Of a stretch of 64,000 bases of DNA, positions 1 to 12,729 are shown piece after piece. The notes beneath the pieces are model-generated. The model searched no databases. It was not told where the DNA came from and saw only the letters and a list, made by a program, of their open reading frames with translations. A program made the translations under genes and the position numbers. Where the stretch lies: the NCBI GenBank assembly GCA_965655095.1, contig OZ296658.1:69130001-69194000 (forward strand), written 5' to 3'. The stretch comes from Haplodiscus bocki. Its lineage: Eukaryota. Each line of letters opens with the position of its first letter. Within the stretch, counting starts at the first letter, position 1.

Positions 1-1830
1 TTCATTTATATATTTATACATTTCATCCTCATCTATATCTCGATAATCATTAAATTTACTGTCATATTTTCTTTAATAACTTCAAGATGTTTGTTTTTGT
101 AATTCATATATGCTTCTGTGATATCAAAAATATTTCCTTCAACATCTGATTGTTCTGATATGATTCCCAAAATATCATCACAAAACTTTGGAGTCATAAT
201 ATTGAGTAAAAGCAAAAACTTTTTCTCTTTTAACACTTTGTCTATCATACCAGCGTATGTATTTGTCATTAAATGAGTAAAATAGCTCATCTCCTTCTGT
301 CCTTGACAAATTGAAATACTTGAACCCCTATCAAGGCACGGACAAGCAGTTTTTCATTCCAAATCCACCAATTTCGTCCATTGGTTCACTACATCAAGAG
401 TGTAAATAAGCAGTACATAATAAAATGTTTTTAACATAATCCAGTCACTAATCTTTTTTAATCACTCCAAGTAACAGCAAAAATTTCATCATGCTTCATT
501 TCAGTTTTGAACAATTCTCTGCGTAATTTGAAAATCTTTTCCTAATTTTTTTATCGAGTATTTCAAATGAGAGATAATAGATCTAATAAATAGATATTGA
601 GGAGTTTGATTTTTTTTGCTACAAGCCTAACCAATATTTTTTTTAAAATAAATAAATCCTATTCCATTTTTTATTATATCCACTATTCTTTCATCGCAAG
701 TAAAGTTTTTTAAATTTATCCAGGTATAAAATCCACTCTCAATATAGGCGTGAAGCTGTAAATCATTCAACAACTTATTACCAATGCTTTGTTCTTCACC
801 GTTTAATTTTAACAAATAATCTAACATCTTAATAATGCAGTTTTCCTCATCAAATACAGTTGTGTGTTCTTACAACTATCTATTTCATCTGGGGTTAAAT
901 AATAATTGTCCTTAGCAGCTAATTAACTTATTCAATAAATTGAAATATTGTAAGGTCTTGCCCTATCTCTCTTATATGTTTCTAAGTCATATACAACAAA
1001 ATTAGTCAATTGCGATTCTACTTTTTTTTAGGTGTGTATTCATGTTTGAAATAACTTTCAACATTTTCTTCTGTTATGTAATTATCAATAATTTTGAATT
1101 TTGCTTTCAATTCACTGATAGCGTTTAAGAAGCTTATTCCTCCAGATTTCGAAATAAGACAAAAGTGATTTTTGTATGAATATAACACTATATTTGTTTC
1201 TATAATGTTCCTAGGTTTTATTCTCGATCCATCAAAATAACTAAGTTCAACGCACAGTTTTATCAAAAATGGTTGAACACGAGCCCTTGTCTTAGTTTTT
1301 TTGTCTTTTTTAATTTCTAATAAAATCTAGATATTGTTGTTTATAGTCTCCGCCAGTTAATTAGTTTATATATTTAATAAAACAATGTCGTTTTGTTGGA
1401 ATGAAACAGTTTTTGCCTCGATGTTCGAAATTTTCATGTTTGAAATCACTCCTTTTTCCGTTTTGAGATTTTTAAATCACACTGAACACAGAAGTATCTG
1501 TTTTATAAAAATAACCTTTGAAAATTACACCTTTAGGATCATAATCATCATCACTTATGGTATTTTTTTGCTCATAATCATCCTTATTTCTGAAGCTAAT
1601 ATGAGTTTTTCCAATTTTTTCACCGTTAATTAAACTACCAAACATTTGAAATTCCCCAGTGTAATCTGCCAAAAAATCATGTTAAATATCATGTAAAAAT
1701 ATATCAATAGTTTGTTTTTCATTTAACCCCTTTAGTTCATATTTTAATTCATCAAGTTTGTTGGCGTATGTTAGTTTAATCGATCCAATCTCTAATTCTA
1801 TAATCTTATCGATAATTTCCCTTTTTAGCT
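1..1830 (-). pseudogene. Protein-primed family B DNA polymerase (pPolB), N-terminal/exonuclease part, disrupted
   Basis: Exo I motif NFVVYDLETY (~970-1010); Exo II-like QLHAYIESGFYTW (HNGxxFD-type, ORF 627-827); FNDKYIRWYDRQSVK near 230-280; ORF 1472-1672 is homologous to 60156-60430. Confidence 0.8.
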
Positions 1831-3349
1831 TGTTTAATAGCAGTTCTCAAAGTAAAAATTTTTCTACTGGTTTTTAAGTTTCGTTTACCCCTTCGTATAT
1901 AGTTTTTCTAGGTAAAATATGATTTTTGTTCCTTATATTTTCTTTTTATATAGGATAAAAGGCTTGAAATGAATTATCCAAGATCTCACTTTTCTCAAAC
2001 TCAATAGTATATTATCCCTATGAGTGTTTTTTAATACGCCAAAATCATCAAAATTTTATTTAAGATTTTTATTATCTACTTCAACATCCTCTTTTTCAAC
2101 TCTCTTGTTAATAATTGGAAAATACAAATCAAAATAATTGATAATCATGTTTTTAACTGAGGCTTAGTCTGCTAAATTATCATTAATGATGATACTTCAT
2201 GCATAATCTTACATATATCTTCTGCATTTATAGCAAATGAGTTTTCTTCAAATTGAAAACTATCATTTTGTCTTTGATATTACATTTCATCATAATAATT
2301 ACTAATTTATTGATAAAATTGTTTCATTATGTTTTACCTTTTAACTGTTGTATTTTATCAATCTGTTGTTGTGTTGTGTTTAGTTTTAACCAGAGGAGAA
2401 AAATTTCTCTACTTTTTTTATTAGCATAGGGTAATCTCGTAGAAAAATAGCGATTTTGTCGAAGAACCTTTTCATCTATCTGATGATTTTGTTTTTTAAT
2501 AATGATTTCACACCCTGGGCAATATTATCCAAGGGTGTTTTCAACCCAAATATTCTGTTTACGACAAGGATAATTGGGTAAATTACTTTTTGGTTTCTCA
2601 AAAAAGTGGTTTTTCGTTTTTGGGATAAGGTGTAACTTCTGATTCATCAATGTTTTTTTTCAAAAACTTTCTGATTTATCCATATATGCGTTTTTTTTCG
2701 TACATGAATTTGAGTTTTCTATAATTTTAGTGAATCAAATTTTTCAAAATTACTTTTTCCTTTGGATGTGTAAAATATCGTTTGTCTTTTGCTTCAACGT
2801 AATAATCTTCATTAGGATAATCCATATACACATGTTAAAAAATTAGATATCGTTTGTCAATAGATCAAATAATTTATGTTTCCATAGTTTTTATCATGAT
2901 AAGCTAACCATGTTACAATTCTTATAATAACATGGCCAATTCTAAAATTACCAATAGCTGTTCTTGAATAGTAGTTTTGCTCAAAATCAGGAACTTTCAT
3001 CATCTTTTCATAATTTTCAATTGAGATGTTATTAGTTTTTAATTTTTTGATTTCTGATTTTGGATAAAACCTCAAAAATTTTGTTATTATCATCACCATC
3101 CTTTTTTTATAGGTCAATGCAAATCCAAGATAGTTTTAGTTGAGAGTTTTCTAATCAATTCATGAAGTTTTTTTCCCGTGAAACTTTTGAAAGTTCATTT
3201 TGTTGTTTAATATCATTGTTTTTACAACCAATACAAATCCATTCATGTTCTTTTGGTAATTTTGTACTTCAAGTACAATGCACACATAGTTTAGATTACT
3301 TTTGAATAAATTCATCATCAGATAACTCCTTCTTTTATCAGTGTTTTTA

Positions 3350-4203
3350 TTGAATTATGTTTAGTCTCTTCATAACTTGGATGTCTTCATCAAGAATTAA
3401 ATTTGTAGATCCTAACAGAGTTTCGTTGTATCTCTCGGGTAAAAAGTTGATTCTATAGCTAAGGTTTGTATCGTGTACGGCTTCAGTCATTGTGTTTAAA
3501 AAATTTTGACCAATTTGCTGAATCTCCTTCGGAGAAAACTTTTTGAATATCAGTCGTTCTAACTAACTGTCCCTGTTTGATTTTTCGTAGAATTTTCTCT
3601 CTGTTGTTTCTGATATTGGAAAACACTATTTTTTTGTTAATTCTCCAAGAAACTTGAACTGGTGTCAATTTCGTTGAGCTGTGAGTGGTATTCTTATTTT
3701 GTTTAATGACAAATGGAAGTTCAAATCAGCAATCAGGAATTCTTTTTTTCTAAATCTGATTTCTTTAAAAATTACGTATCGTTATAAGAACCCTTTCTGC
3801 AATGCTTGGACCTTTGTCAGTAAAACTTGCTCAATGACGTGTTTTTTCAACTTTCAAAAAGTTTTGAAAACTATAAATAAAAAATTCTGCTTCTCGATCA
3901 GATTTTTGAATAACAAACGATCGATTTGATGTTGTTAGATGACTTGAAAATTTATCTGTTCCTTTCTGAGCATTTTTATCTTTAAATGGTACAGACCAAC
4001 TACAGTTCGAGATTTTATCGTTTATGATGAAAATGTATCTATATCCTATTTAATTGAATTTTTGAAATATTAAAAGTCAGCTAAATCGATGCTCCATGTT
4101 TCATCATTGTGATTATATGTTAGTCTGTTTGCTGGATGTTTTTTTAATTGATGTGGAATATTTCTCATCATCGAAAATCTCGGTTAGGTCTCTCTTGGGC
4201 ATT
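3350..4203 (-). pseudogene. Polinton-type rve integrase, disrupted
   Basis: HNDETWSIDL at ~4085-4110, W-S-V-P-F-K near 3985-4000, and C-terminal MTP...GQLVRTTDIQKVFSEGDSANWS typical of Polinton integrases. Homologous to 62032-62890. Confidence 0.85.
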
Positions 4204-4800
4204 TTTTTCAAAAAACGTTTTGTTTTAATTTCTTGTAGCAGATATAGATAGTGATTAATTTTAGCTTTTTTCGAGTTACTCTCATTACAATACATTGGTC
4301 AAAAATTAATCCAATGAGTAGGTTTTAGTTTGTCTTTTTCATTCGCTAAGTTAGTTATAGAAAAGGGACAACAGTGATCAAATAGTCCATACACTACCAT
4401 AGTTTCCAAGAGTCATATTCCCACAGAGTTGATGAATCAGCCATTTTTGAAAAAAAGAATTCGAACATCCTATTAAATTAAAAGTTTTGTTTGGTTTTTT
4501 AATATTCTGAACTTTGAGTTTTTGACAAGTTCTGACTTTTATATTGTAAGCTGAAATAAAATTAAAATCAGTCTGTCTTCCTTTTTCCTCATAAAGTGTA
4601 TCTTGGCTCTGTTTTCTCTTTTATGTAAGTTCTTATTGTTACTTATTCGATCTCGAATATTTACAAAATTTTTTGTTTTTCAAAGGTAGAACTTTTACAC
4701 CGTTTCTGTAATCCAGCTTTACATTTTCAATTTTTTTGATTTTTTTTTGATTGAAATTTTATCTACAATTCGAACCTTTCTTCATGTCTTCCATTATCTT
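4200..4800 (-). pseudogene. HNH-like endonuclease of the Polinton/NCLDV type, disrupted
   Basis: Minus strand reads MTLGNYGSVWT.DHCCPFS...THWINF*PMYCNESNSKKAK, matching the NYG..W.IDH..P...NL.P....N..K pattern. Confidence 0.65.
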
Positions 4801-4829
4801 ATGAAAAGAATATTTGAAAAACATTCACA

Positions 4830-5240
4830 TGACTTTCAATCTCAATCCATTACCATGCATGTCAGTTGAGTTTAAATTTTTTACCACCTGATATACTCTT
4901 TATTACATTTGTAGTAGCCTAAGCAACCTGAGATTGTTTAATTTTGCCGCCAAAAGCCGTTCCTATATCAGGTGCTACAGTTTGTACTGATGGCTTAAGA
5001 AACGAATCCTAAACTTTTTGATTGCGTTCGAACCTTTCTTCCTTTGTATTTTCAATTTCTGCTCCCTCGAGTCCATTTTGTCTTGGAGTAAAATTAACTT
5101 GTTTCTGACATTTGCATTTATGATTATGACAATAGATTATGTACTTTAAATATATCACCCTTGCTATTTAAATCACACCATGTTGAATTTGACATTGGTG
5201 AAAAGTGTATTTTTTTGCAATTTCTCCTTTTGATGAAATC
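4830..5240 (-). pseudogene. Small basic amphipathic virion-core-like protein
   Basis: Homologous to ORF 63467-63715; FLKPSVQTVAPDIG and SISGGK...LNSTDMHGNGLRLKV readable. Confidence 0.5.
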
Positions 5241-5639
5241 GTCTACTCGCGTTTTTTACTGAGAAGAAACTTGTGATTCGATTTGTCCGCAAATAATACC
5301 TTTACCATTTTTAATTCCAACAGTTTTGTTTGTTTTAGGATTAACTTTTTAATATTCTACAACGTTTTATGTATTACTCATATGTTGAGAAAAACCACAC
5401 AAAAAGCTCATTCTGAATCTGTTTATATTCACTAAAAAGTTGAACATTCACTTGGAGCACTCAATTCATTACCAATGTTATTTTTCTTTCCAGGTTTAAA
5501 AAAAATCAAAAGTGATATTTGTGTTTATGTTCACATCACTTTGACTAAAAATTTATTTATGCTAATTATCTGGTCATGAGTAGTATTATCTTTTTTTAAT
5601 AATTGTCCCCGAAATTATCCTCGACTTTGAAATGGGTAT

Positions 5640-6090
5640 TTTTCATTTTATCAGATTGTTTATGAAGGTAGTGATAATGAATCTTTTTCAATTCCTGTGC
5701 TTCTTTATCATCTATCTTCTTATCTAACATTGATTGTTTATATGTTTTCTCTTAGAGTAGCGTAATTAAAATCGTCCAACTTTTAAACTTGGCATAACTT
5801 TTTTTTGCTTCTTTAAAATATTCATTTGGAATCAAAGTTGATATACCAGATAGGAACGAAAAACTACTGGGACACATAATTCCGACAGGATCTAATCCTG
5901 ATACTGTCAAACCCATCCAAGTCCTACTCCAACCGTACCAATCAAAAATTCTAAAACAATCATAAAAGTTTTCTTTTTTTTTAAAATTCGTATATTTTTT
6001 TGTAACTTTCACCAGCAATTTAGAGAGACTTTAGAATGTTGTCATAATCATGCTTTTCTGTTTTAAATTCCATTTCTTAAGTCTTTTTGT
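5640..6090 (-). pseudogene. Hydrophobic membrane-active Polinton/adintovirus accessory protein (gasderminX-like), disrupted
   Basis: Gly-rich hydrophobic helices (IGTVGVGLG...GLTVSGLDPVGIMCPSSFSFLSGISTLI) followed by QSMLDKKIDDKEAQEL. Family name inferred from pattern only. Confidence 0.45.
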
Positions 6091-6699
6091 CTTATGTCGT
6101 TCTTTTCAACTGAGTTGGATATTGATTTTTCAAATCTGAAAAGCCAATATTTTTTGATTAGAAAAACCCAAAGTGTACAAAAACTCTATAAAAACGGAAA
6201 ACACTTTTGTAATATTGATATAGCACTGTATTCTTGTAAAATTCTCTGTCTGTGTACTTTTTCAAGAGCAAGACTTTTCATTATAAGAATTTCATGATCT
6301 GTAATTTTGGACTGTTTTAACACATCTGGATCTCTTAATGATAGTAAAAACATTAGCGAGCGTTCATGTCTAAAGTCTTCAAGGAAAAATTTTGTTCCAT
6401 CTAATGGGTTTGGAATCCAGAGAGTAGTAATTCTCAGTTGTTCAGAATCTATTCAAATATTGATGCTTCTTCATTTTTAATATAATCAGGATAGTCTTCG
6501 TTTTGTTCTATTGAATATTTCTGCAAAGTCCATACATAGATCATTAATACCATTTTTTATATAACCACATTCATGTCAAAAATCAATATCGTTTTTAATT
6601 AAAAGCAATGATAACACAATCTTTCTATAGTCTGGAATTGATTTGAGCAAATCTTTCAATCAATTTGTTTCATTTATTGTTTCTGAAAGAGTCAGAGTG

Positions 6700-8060
6700 T
6701 TTTAACTTCTCAGTATACAGAATGTGTTATTATAATAATATTAGGAGACCTATCTGCTAGGGTTGTATCTATTTCATCGTAACATAATATAATGCCATAA
6801 TTCTCTTTGAAAATTTTAAGCCAAATGAAATCCATTGTGTTGACGAATCGCTAAATCTATTAGTTTTGGGTATTTTTTTTGAGTGCTCCAAGTATTATAA
6901 CCTATTGTTGGTTGAATTCTGAAATTACCCATTGACTTACTACTTCCTGCTGAAAAAATTTTGTAGTCGAAAGCGTTTTTAATAATTTGTATATTATCTG
7001 TTCTTTCGAAACTACAAAAGACGTTCGGTCCATGATTTTTAGATCTTGTTTCGATATAGATGAATGAATCACCAATGGGATGTGTGCTTGTTGCTCCACT
7101 GTTTCCTGTTGGAGAGATTGTTTTAGTTGATTTTAAAAACTTTTGCAATTTTCCATTTTTATTTGTTTATCATTAAATTTCATATTCCATCGTTGTAATA
7201 AAGAGCCAACAAGGTTAGGATATTTGATACTTGTTGTATCTAAAATTTGTATTTTATCATTTTCAGCATGATCAAATACATCATTTTCAACAGATATTTT
7301 GAGATAGTTTTCTAGTGTTTGGTTGAATTGAAGTATAGTATTTTTGTTTAGTTCATCAACAATATAATTTTTGTCTGCTAATTCATTATTTGAATTAGGA
7401 TTTCTGCTCACAGGAAAACTCTCTAAAGTCGTTATTTTATTATTGTTATATTTATTAATTTCTTTGTTTTTTACTGAATTACTTGATTCGTTATAAATGT
7501 TTATTCTCAATTTTTGTCGAATCTGTTCGTTTTCCTGATGAGATTGCTTTAAATATGATTCACTAATGACTTGGTTATCAATAACTGCTTGAGCATTGAA
7601 CGTAAATTTTTTTTTATTTTAGTTAGTTAGGTTTTAATTATTAAAATCTTTATGTTGATTGTTTCTCACCAATATAGGTTCATCTCCACTATTTGAAATA
7701 GCTCGATCAACAAAATTTTTAGCTGTTAAAAGTACTCCAGCGGCTGGCACTGAGTTTACTTCAACAAATCTAACGTTATCAAGTTTTTTATCATTGAAAT
7801 CAACATGAGCTGAGTTTTTTGTTTTTGATGGATCATTGAATGTGTGATCAAGAAAAATTTTTGAAGTTGCTTCCCTGATGCTAATAACATTGGGTAAATT
7901 TTTTGTTGAAAGGATTTTCTAAGTCTATATCTTCTTCTGAATTACTTTCTAAAAAGTTAGTTCTCCACTGAAGTTTTTGTACAAAGAGTGATGTGTCAAC
8001 TTTAATTTCAGTCTTTCCTGAAGTACTACCAATTAGATTAATAGTTTTAATTGTTTTTTT
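6700..8060 (-). pseudogene. Fibre/minor virion-like protein with repeated K-x-(Y/F)-V-D motifs
   Basis: Repeats REATSKNFLD (~7850-7875), LTAKNFVD (~7705-7730) and NELADKNYI (ORF 7133-7510); beta-rich C-terminal part in ORF 6816-7148. Confidence 0.45.
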
Positions 8061-8129
8061 AATTGTTTTAAGAAAACAGCCAGACGAATGTTTCACAATA
8101 GCCGACCACATTATGTTTCCAAAATAGTG

Positions 8130-8520
8130 TTGTAATAATCCATTTTTTCTTTTACATAGAAAAAGTATAAACAATAGGTTCGACATAATCTAGAATTTGT
8201 ATTTTGTATTTTATATCTATGATAATTTAATGGTTTAGGTAATTGGTTGAGTGGAAGATTGTCTGGAGCTCCTCCAAAACTACCAGAAAAGAATTATTTC
8301 TTGGCAGAGCCAGCGTGACTTGTAGAGACTGCATTGTCTTTGATGTAAAAACAAGTCCAATGATTTCCACCTAGTGTTCCATTATCAATTTTTACGGAAT
8401 TTTTGTGTGAAAATATTTTTGAGTCTTCGGGATATTTACAAAAATTATAATTTCTTTGTTATTGACTTTCTGACATATTATCATCTTTCAAATTATATTT
8501 CTTCATAAGTTCTTTTATAT
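8130..8520 (-). pseudogene. Adenain-like (C5) cysteine maturation protease, disrupted
   Basis: IDNGTLGGNHWTCFYI (catalytic His-Trp, ~8345-8390) and KIQNTNSRLCRTYCLYFF (Q-xxx-S-xx-C catalytic motif, CG changed to CR, ~8155-8212). Confidence 0.85.
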
Positions 8521-8579
8521 TTAGAATCTTAATTTTTTTATTTGTATATTTTTAATTTCCTTATTTTTATCTCAAATAA

Positions 8580-9850
8580 AAGAAATTTCAGCTTTTTTAT
8601 TAACATCCGATATCATTTTCTAATTTGTCTATGTCTGATTAGTATTAAAAACAATCTAGCAATTTTAGTAGCACTTCTCTATTCCTCGAGAATATGAAGT
8701 TTCTTGGGATTAATATGATCAACTTGAAATCTTAAGTCAATGACTTGAATAAAATATTTTTTTTTCATGTCAGTTTATTTTTGAAAAAAATTAAGTACTT
8801 CTTCCCACACAAACTCTCCAAAAATAACTTAGGATCTCTATATTGTTCAAGATAGTCTTTCGAAGCAAAATCGATACTAACACCATCCGGTGGTTATCTC
8901 ACCCTATCAGTTTCAACATACATTTCCTTACATCCAAATTATCGAAAACTGCTATATTTTTTGCTTTGTTTGGAACTCCCATTCTAGCAGCTGTTTGGTG
9001 AACTACTATTAGATACTTTGGACTGTTAATATTTTGTGCAGAGCCTATCTCAATTTCATATTCCAACTGGGCATCAAAAGTTTTTCTGCCACTAGTCCAA
9101 CAATCAAATGATAAAGTAAAGCTACTTTTGGTTGAGTTATAAAAGTTTATTTGTGTTTCAGCATCGGGGAAGAATATTGGAACATATAAAAACAAATTAT
9201 AAATTTTTACTGTATCATTATTAGCTAATGTTGTGTGAATAATTTCCTGTAAATCAGCTGTTTTGAAAGTTAGATCAAAACCTAATTGTTTTAAATTTTT
9301 CAAAAGTTCAACAAAAACCAAAAAATTGTTCCATTGGAAGTTGCCAATTTATTTTTGCTTTGTTTGTAACTATGTCGTGGTTGTTAAGAAGAAGTTGTTT
9401 TAGTGATGTATTATTTATTTTTGCCCGAGATTCATCATTTTTATCGAAGTGAGACATTAAAACACCATCCTTAATTGTTGAAGCTCTCATAATTGTTGAA
9501 ACTTGTCCTACATATTTAAAATGCTCAATATCTGAACCACCCGCCGTTGATAATGTAGCTTCTTTGAAACAAAATGCTAAAGCCCTATTTACCAATCTAA
9601 TAGTATCACCATCAAGGAAGGTGCGATCTGCTTGGTTAGCTTCACCTTTTTCAACGATTTTTCGTTTTTGAAGGTATACATTACCTATTTGGTGATAGTT
9701 AGTATTCCCTCAAAAAATGACTTACATATTTTGATAAGAGTTGTCTAGATTTGCTCCTTGTTGATGAAAATTTTTAAAAAAGTCTTCTTTATCAATGAAA
9801 TATCAATCATTTCGTTATCTTTTAATTGAGAATTTTCAAGGCTCTTTTAT
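8580..9850 (-). pseudogene. Double-jelly-roll major capsid protein, frameshifted
   Basis: FHQQGANLDNS near the N-terminus, NRALAFCFKEATLST..DIEH..YVGQVSTIMR, LFLYVPIFFPD, SPKYLIVVHQT, AVFDNLDVRK and IQVIDLRFQ. Located between protease and ATPase. Confidence 0.8.
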
Positions 9851-10049
9851 TGGGTAAAAAAATCTATTCAAGTTTTTAAAGAATCATCTTGTATTATAAA
9901 TCCATTTCTTGACAAAAACTTACAATTATACAATTCTATTTTTGGAGGTAAATTTGATTTAGTATTACTCAATTCAAGTTTAAATTTGGCTTTCTTTTCC
10001 TTAGGAAAAAACGTGATTTTATAGGTGTCTCTGACATTTATAAGGTATT

Positions 10050-10260
10050 AATTTTTCTTAATTGATATTATAAATGTAAGCCTGTGGCCATTAAACGGTA
10101 CTAATTTTCCATTTTCGTTTTTTAATTTAAAACTAGTATTTGACATGAAGTCTTCACTTTCCATCGTAAACCATCTAATATCTCCAGTAAACTATAAATA
10201 TATATCTAGTTGATTTAATTTCACCAGGTTTAGGTTTATTAACTATCATAATTGCGACTT
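10050..10260 (-). pseudogene. Possible penton/minor capsid C-terminal fragment
   Basis: SNTSFKLKNENGKLVPFNGHRLTF resembles the C-terminal strands of Polinton minor capsid proteins. Confidence 0.35.
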
Positions 10261-10819
10261 TTTAAAATATTTTGATACATTACTCTACCTACAAAGTTTA
10301 ACTTTTTTAAAATTGTTCTGTTGCATCAGTAAAAACATTTTAAAGACTAGTGGTTATATCAAACAAATCCTCCTTAATTTTCAGTGTTGAATCGCCTAGT
10401 TTTTCAATAGGTACTTTATTCCGGAAAATAGCACCACTAGCTCTTTCTTCTGTTTTGAAAAAATTGTTTGCTTTCTTCATAAGTGACTATATATTTTCTA
10501 AACATTTAGCATCTCTTACACGTGGATGTGAAAAACTTTAAGTTTTTTTATAGCTATTTGTTGTGTCTTCTTTCAGGAATTTTACTTTTCTAATATATTT
10601 CGTAATATTGTAGTAGACTTATGAACCTCATTTGAGTTCCTTGTTATACGGGAAAGATTTCCTTCTTTTTTTATCATGTGTTTCTCTGAAAATTCATTTT
10701 TTAATTTTATTGGTTGGTTTTTTTCGGTTGTTCAGCTACTTTAGCTGAATTAATCAAATCTTTTTCAGTTACATTGGGATAATTACTCATTTAGTTAAAC
10801 TGAAAAGGAGAGCTATTTG

Positions 10820-11530
10820 GAACGGATAAACTATCTAATCCTAATCTATAATGGCCTCTAATTTATCTTTGGTCTTATCAATTGTTATTGGTTTTCATTG
10901 TTTATCCCAATAAGTACTGGTTATGTATTTGATTTCGTTAAATGACTTATCCATGCTTCTTCTGACTTCAAAGATGCTTTTTATACCTCTATAAGTATTT
11001 GGTCTGCAGATATGATAGATAATTCCATTGGCTCGGATACTTTGTTTCGGTAATTCGTAGTAATCTTGACTGATTATGACAATAGTTAAACTATTATGTC
11101 TAAATCTTCTGAACATTGCTTGTACCGGATGATCAATCTTTTCTTTCTCATTTAAATCCTCCAAAAAAAATACCCCCAACTTCGTATTCTTGAGTAAAAT
11201 TTAATTCTTCTATTGATACATATGTTTCTATTTAAGTATCTGATTTTTGAGAGTTTTTATTATTAACTATCTCAAAAATCACCAAATCTCAATCTTTTTC
11301 CTTTAGGATATTGTGGTTTGTACGAATTGGTATAGAGTTACTAAGAGATTCATTCACTTTTTGTTGAAACTTTTGATGTAGACTTGGTGAGTAGATGTTT
11401 ATTTTTTCATGTTAATTTAATAATACTTCAAAAGAGTTTTTCTAAATTAATGTTTTTCCACAGTAGCTAGATCCGGTAATAATTAACCTCACTTAATGAG
11501 TTCGGTATAGAAATATCCCCATTGTCTTTC
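10820..11530 (-). pseudogene. A32/FtsK-HerA family genome-packaging ATPase, disrupted
   Basis: Walker A RLIITGSSYCGKT (11451-11489), Walker B FFLEDL, and A32 motif RFRHNSLTIVIISQDYYELPKQSIRAN. Confidence 0.9.
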
Positions 11531-12729
11531 ATTGGATTGGAAATCCACAGAATATTATCTCTCATTAGTTTTTAAAGGTTCAAGAAGTGTCCATTTAGTT
11601 AAACTAATAAGACAGACTAAAAGTATACTAGATGGGATTGATAAAAAAATATGATGATTATATTAACATCATCGTTGTCATTACCTGTGCAAAGGAGAGA
11701 CTTTTGTAGTCATCAGTTATCTTTAATGTAAACATTTACTTTGAAGGAAACGTAAACATTTTTTTCACCTATATAAATGAATAACTTCGCTGAATTTTTA
11801 AATATTATCAATCAATTTGATTTTATATCAATTAAAAAATTTTAACACTCAAGATTTTGTGAAAGACTTTGAAATGATCAAAAATTGGTTACTTAAAAAC
11901 GATAAAAAAAATTTTGAGTTTCTCTTCGCCGGTTTTTGAAAAAAATAACTCAAACAAATAATTGGCGATTTTTGATTTAATGTTATATTACCTTTAATTG
12001 GTTGTGAGAGATAAACTAATTCGTGAAAAAAATTTCAATAATCTTTGAAATGTAAATATTATTTTTTTGTGATGTGAAATTTTTGTCTTTTATGATTATT
12101 ACTATTATAAGTTCATGATTTAGGGTGTTTCTTATATTATTTTTCTATAACAGGATTATCACAAATATTACAATACTATCTATATTCATCAGCAACGCCA
12201 CTGTATATAATTTTTCGATTGTCATCTCTATCAAAATCATTGTCCATTTATCTAGTCAAAATTATTTGAAATAATTTTTGAAGGATCTTTTTGTTGTCCT
12301 TATCAACAAGAATGTGATAACTTTTTACTTCGTTCAATTAATCATGAATTGTATCTTCAGCGAGTAACTAAAAATTCACTTTCTTCATTTGAAATAAATT
12401 CAAACATTTCCAATTATCATAGTGTATAAGCTGCATTTGTCATGTATGAGTTTTCATTCTGTTATAAAATGCTTGATAAACAAAAGGACAGTTGAGTATC
12501 CCACGAGCTTCAATGAAGTGAGTCAAAAAAGGCAACGCTCAAAGAGCTGCGCAATAAAATTAGTGACCTGAGCGAAGCGTAGAGAACGGGTATATTGTCG
12601 GGTTTTCCTACTGGCTCGAACGAATGCGAGAGTTGGTGGCAAAGCAGCAAAATATTATATTATTCATGGAAAGACTTCATCAGACTCGTACCAGCAGGTG
12701 TATATCGCGGAAAAGCTGTAGAAACCTAT

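Larger units (their letters stand above)
1..12650 (-). mobile_element. Polinton/Maverick (adintovirus-like) endogenous DNA virus relic, copy A; runs off the left edge
   Basis: Co-oriented, frameshifted remnants of pPolB, rve integrase, adenain protease, DJR capsid and A32 ATPase. Same gene order as the copy at 60156-64000. Right boundary approximate; no TIR could be paired. Confidence 0.9.

Noticed and set aside
1-12650. Alternative genetic code explaining the many stops
   Set aside because: Breaks include frameshifts and differ between copies A and D, consistent with neutral decay.
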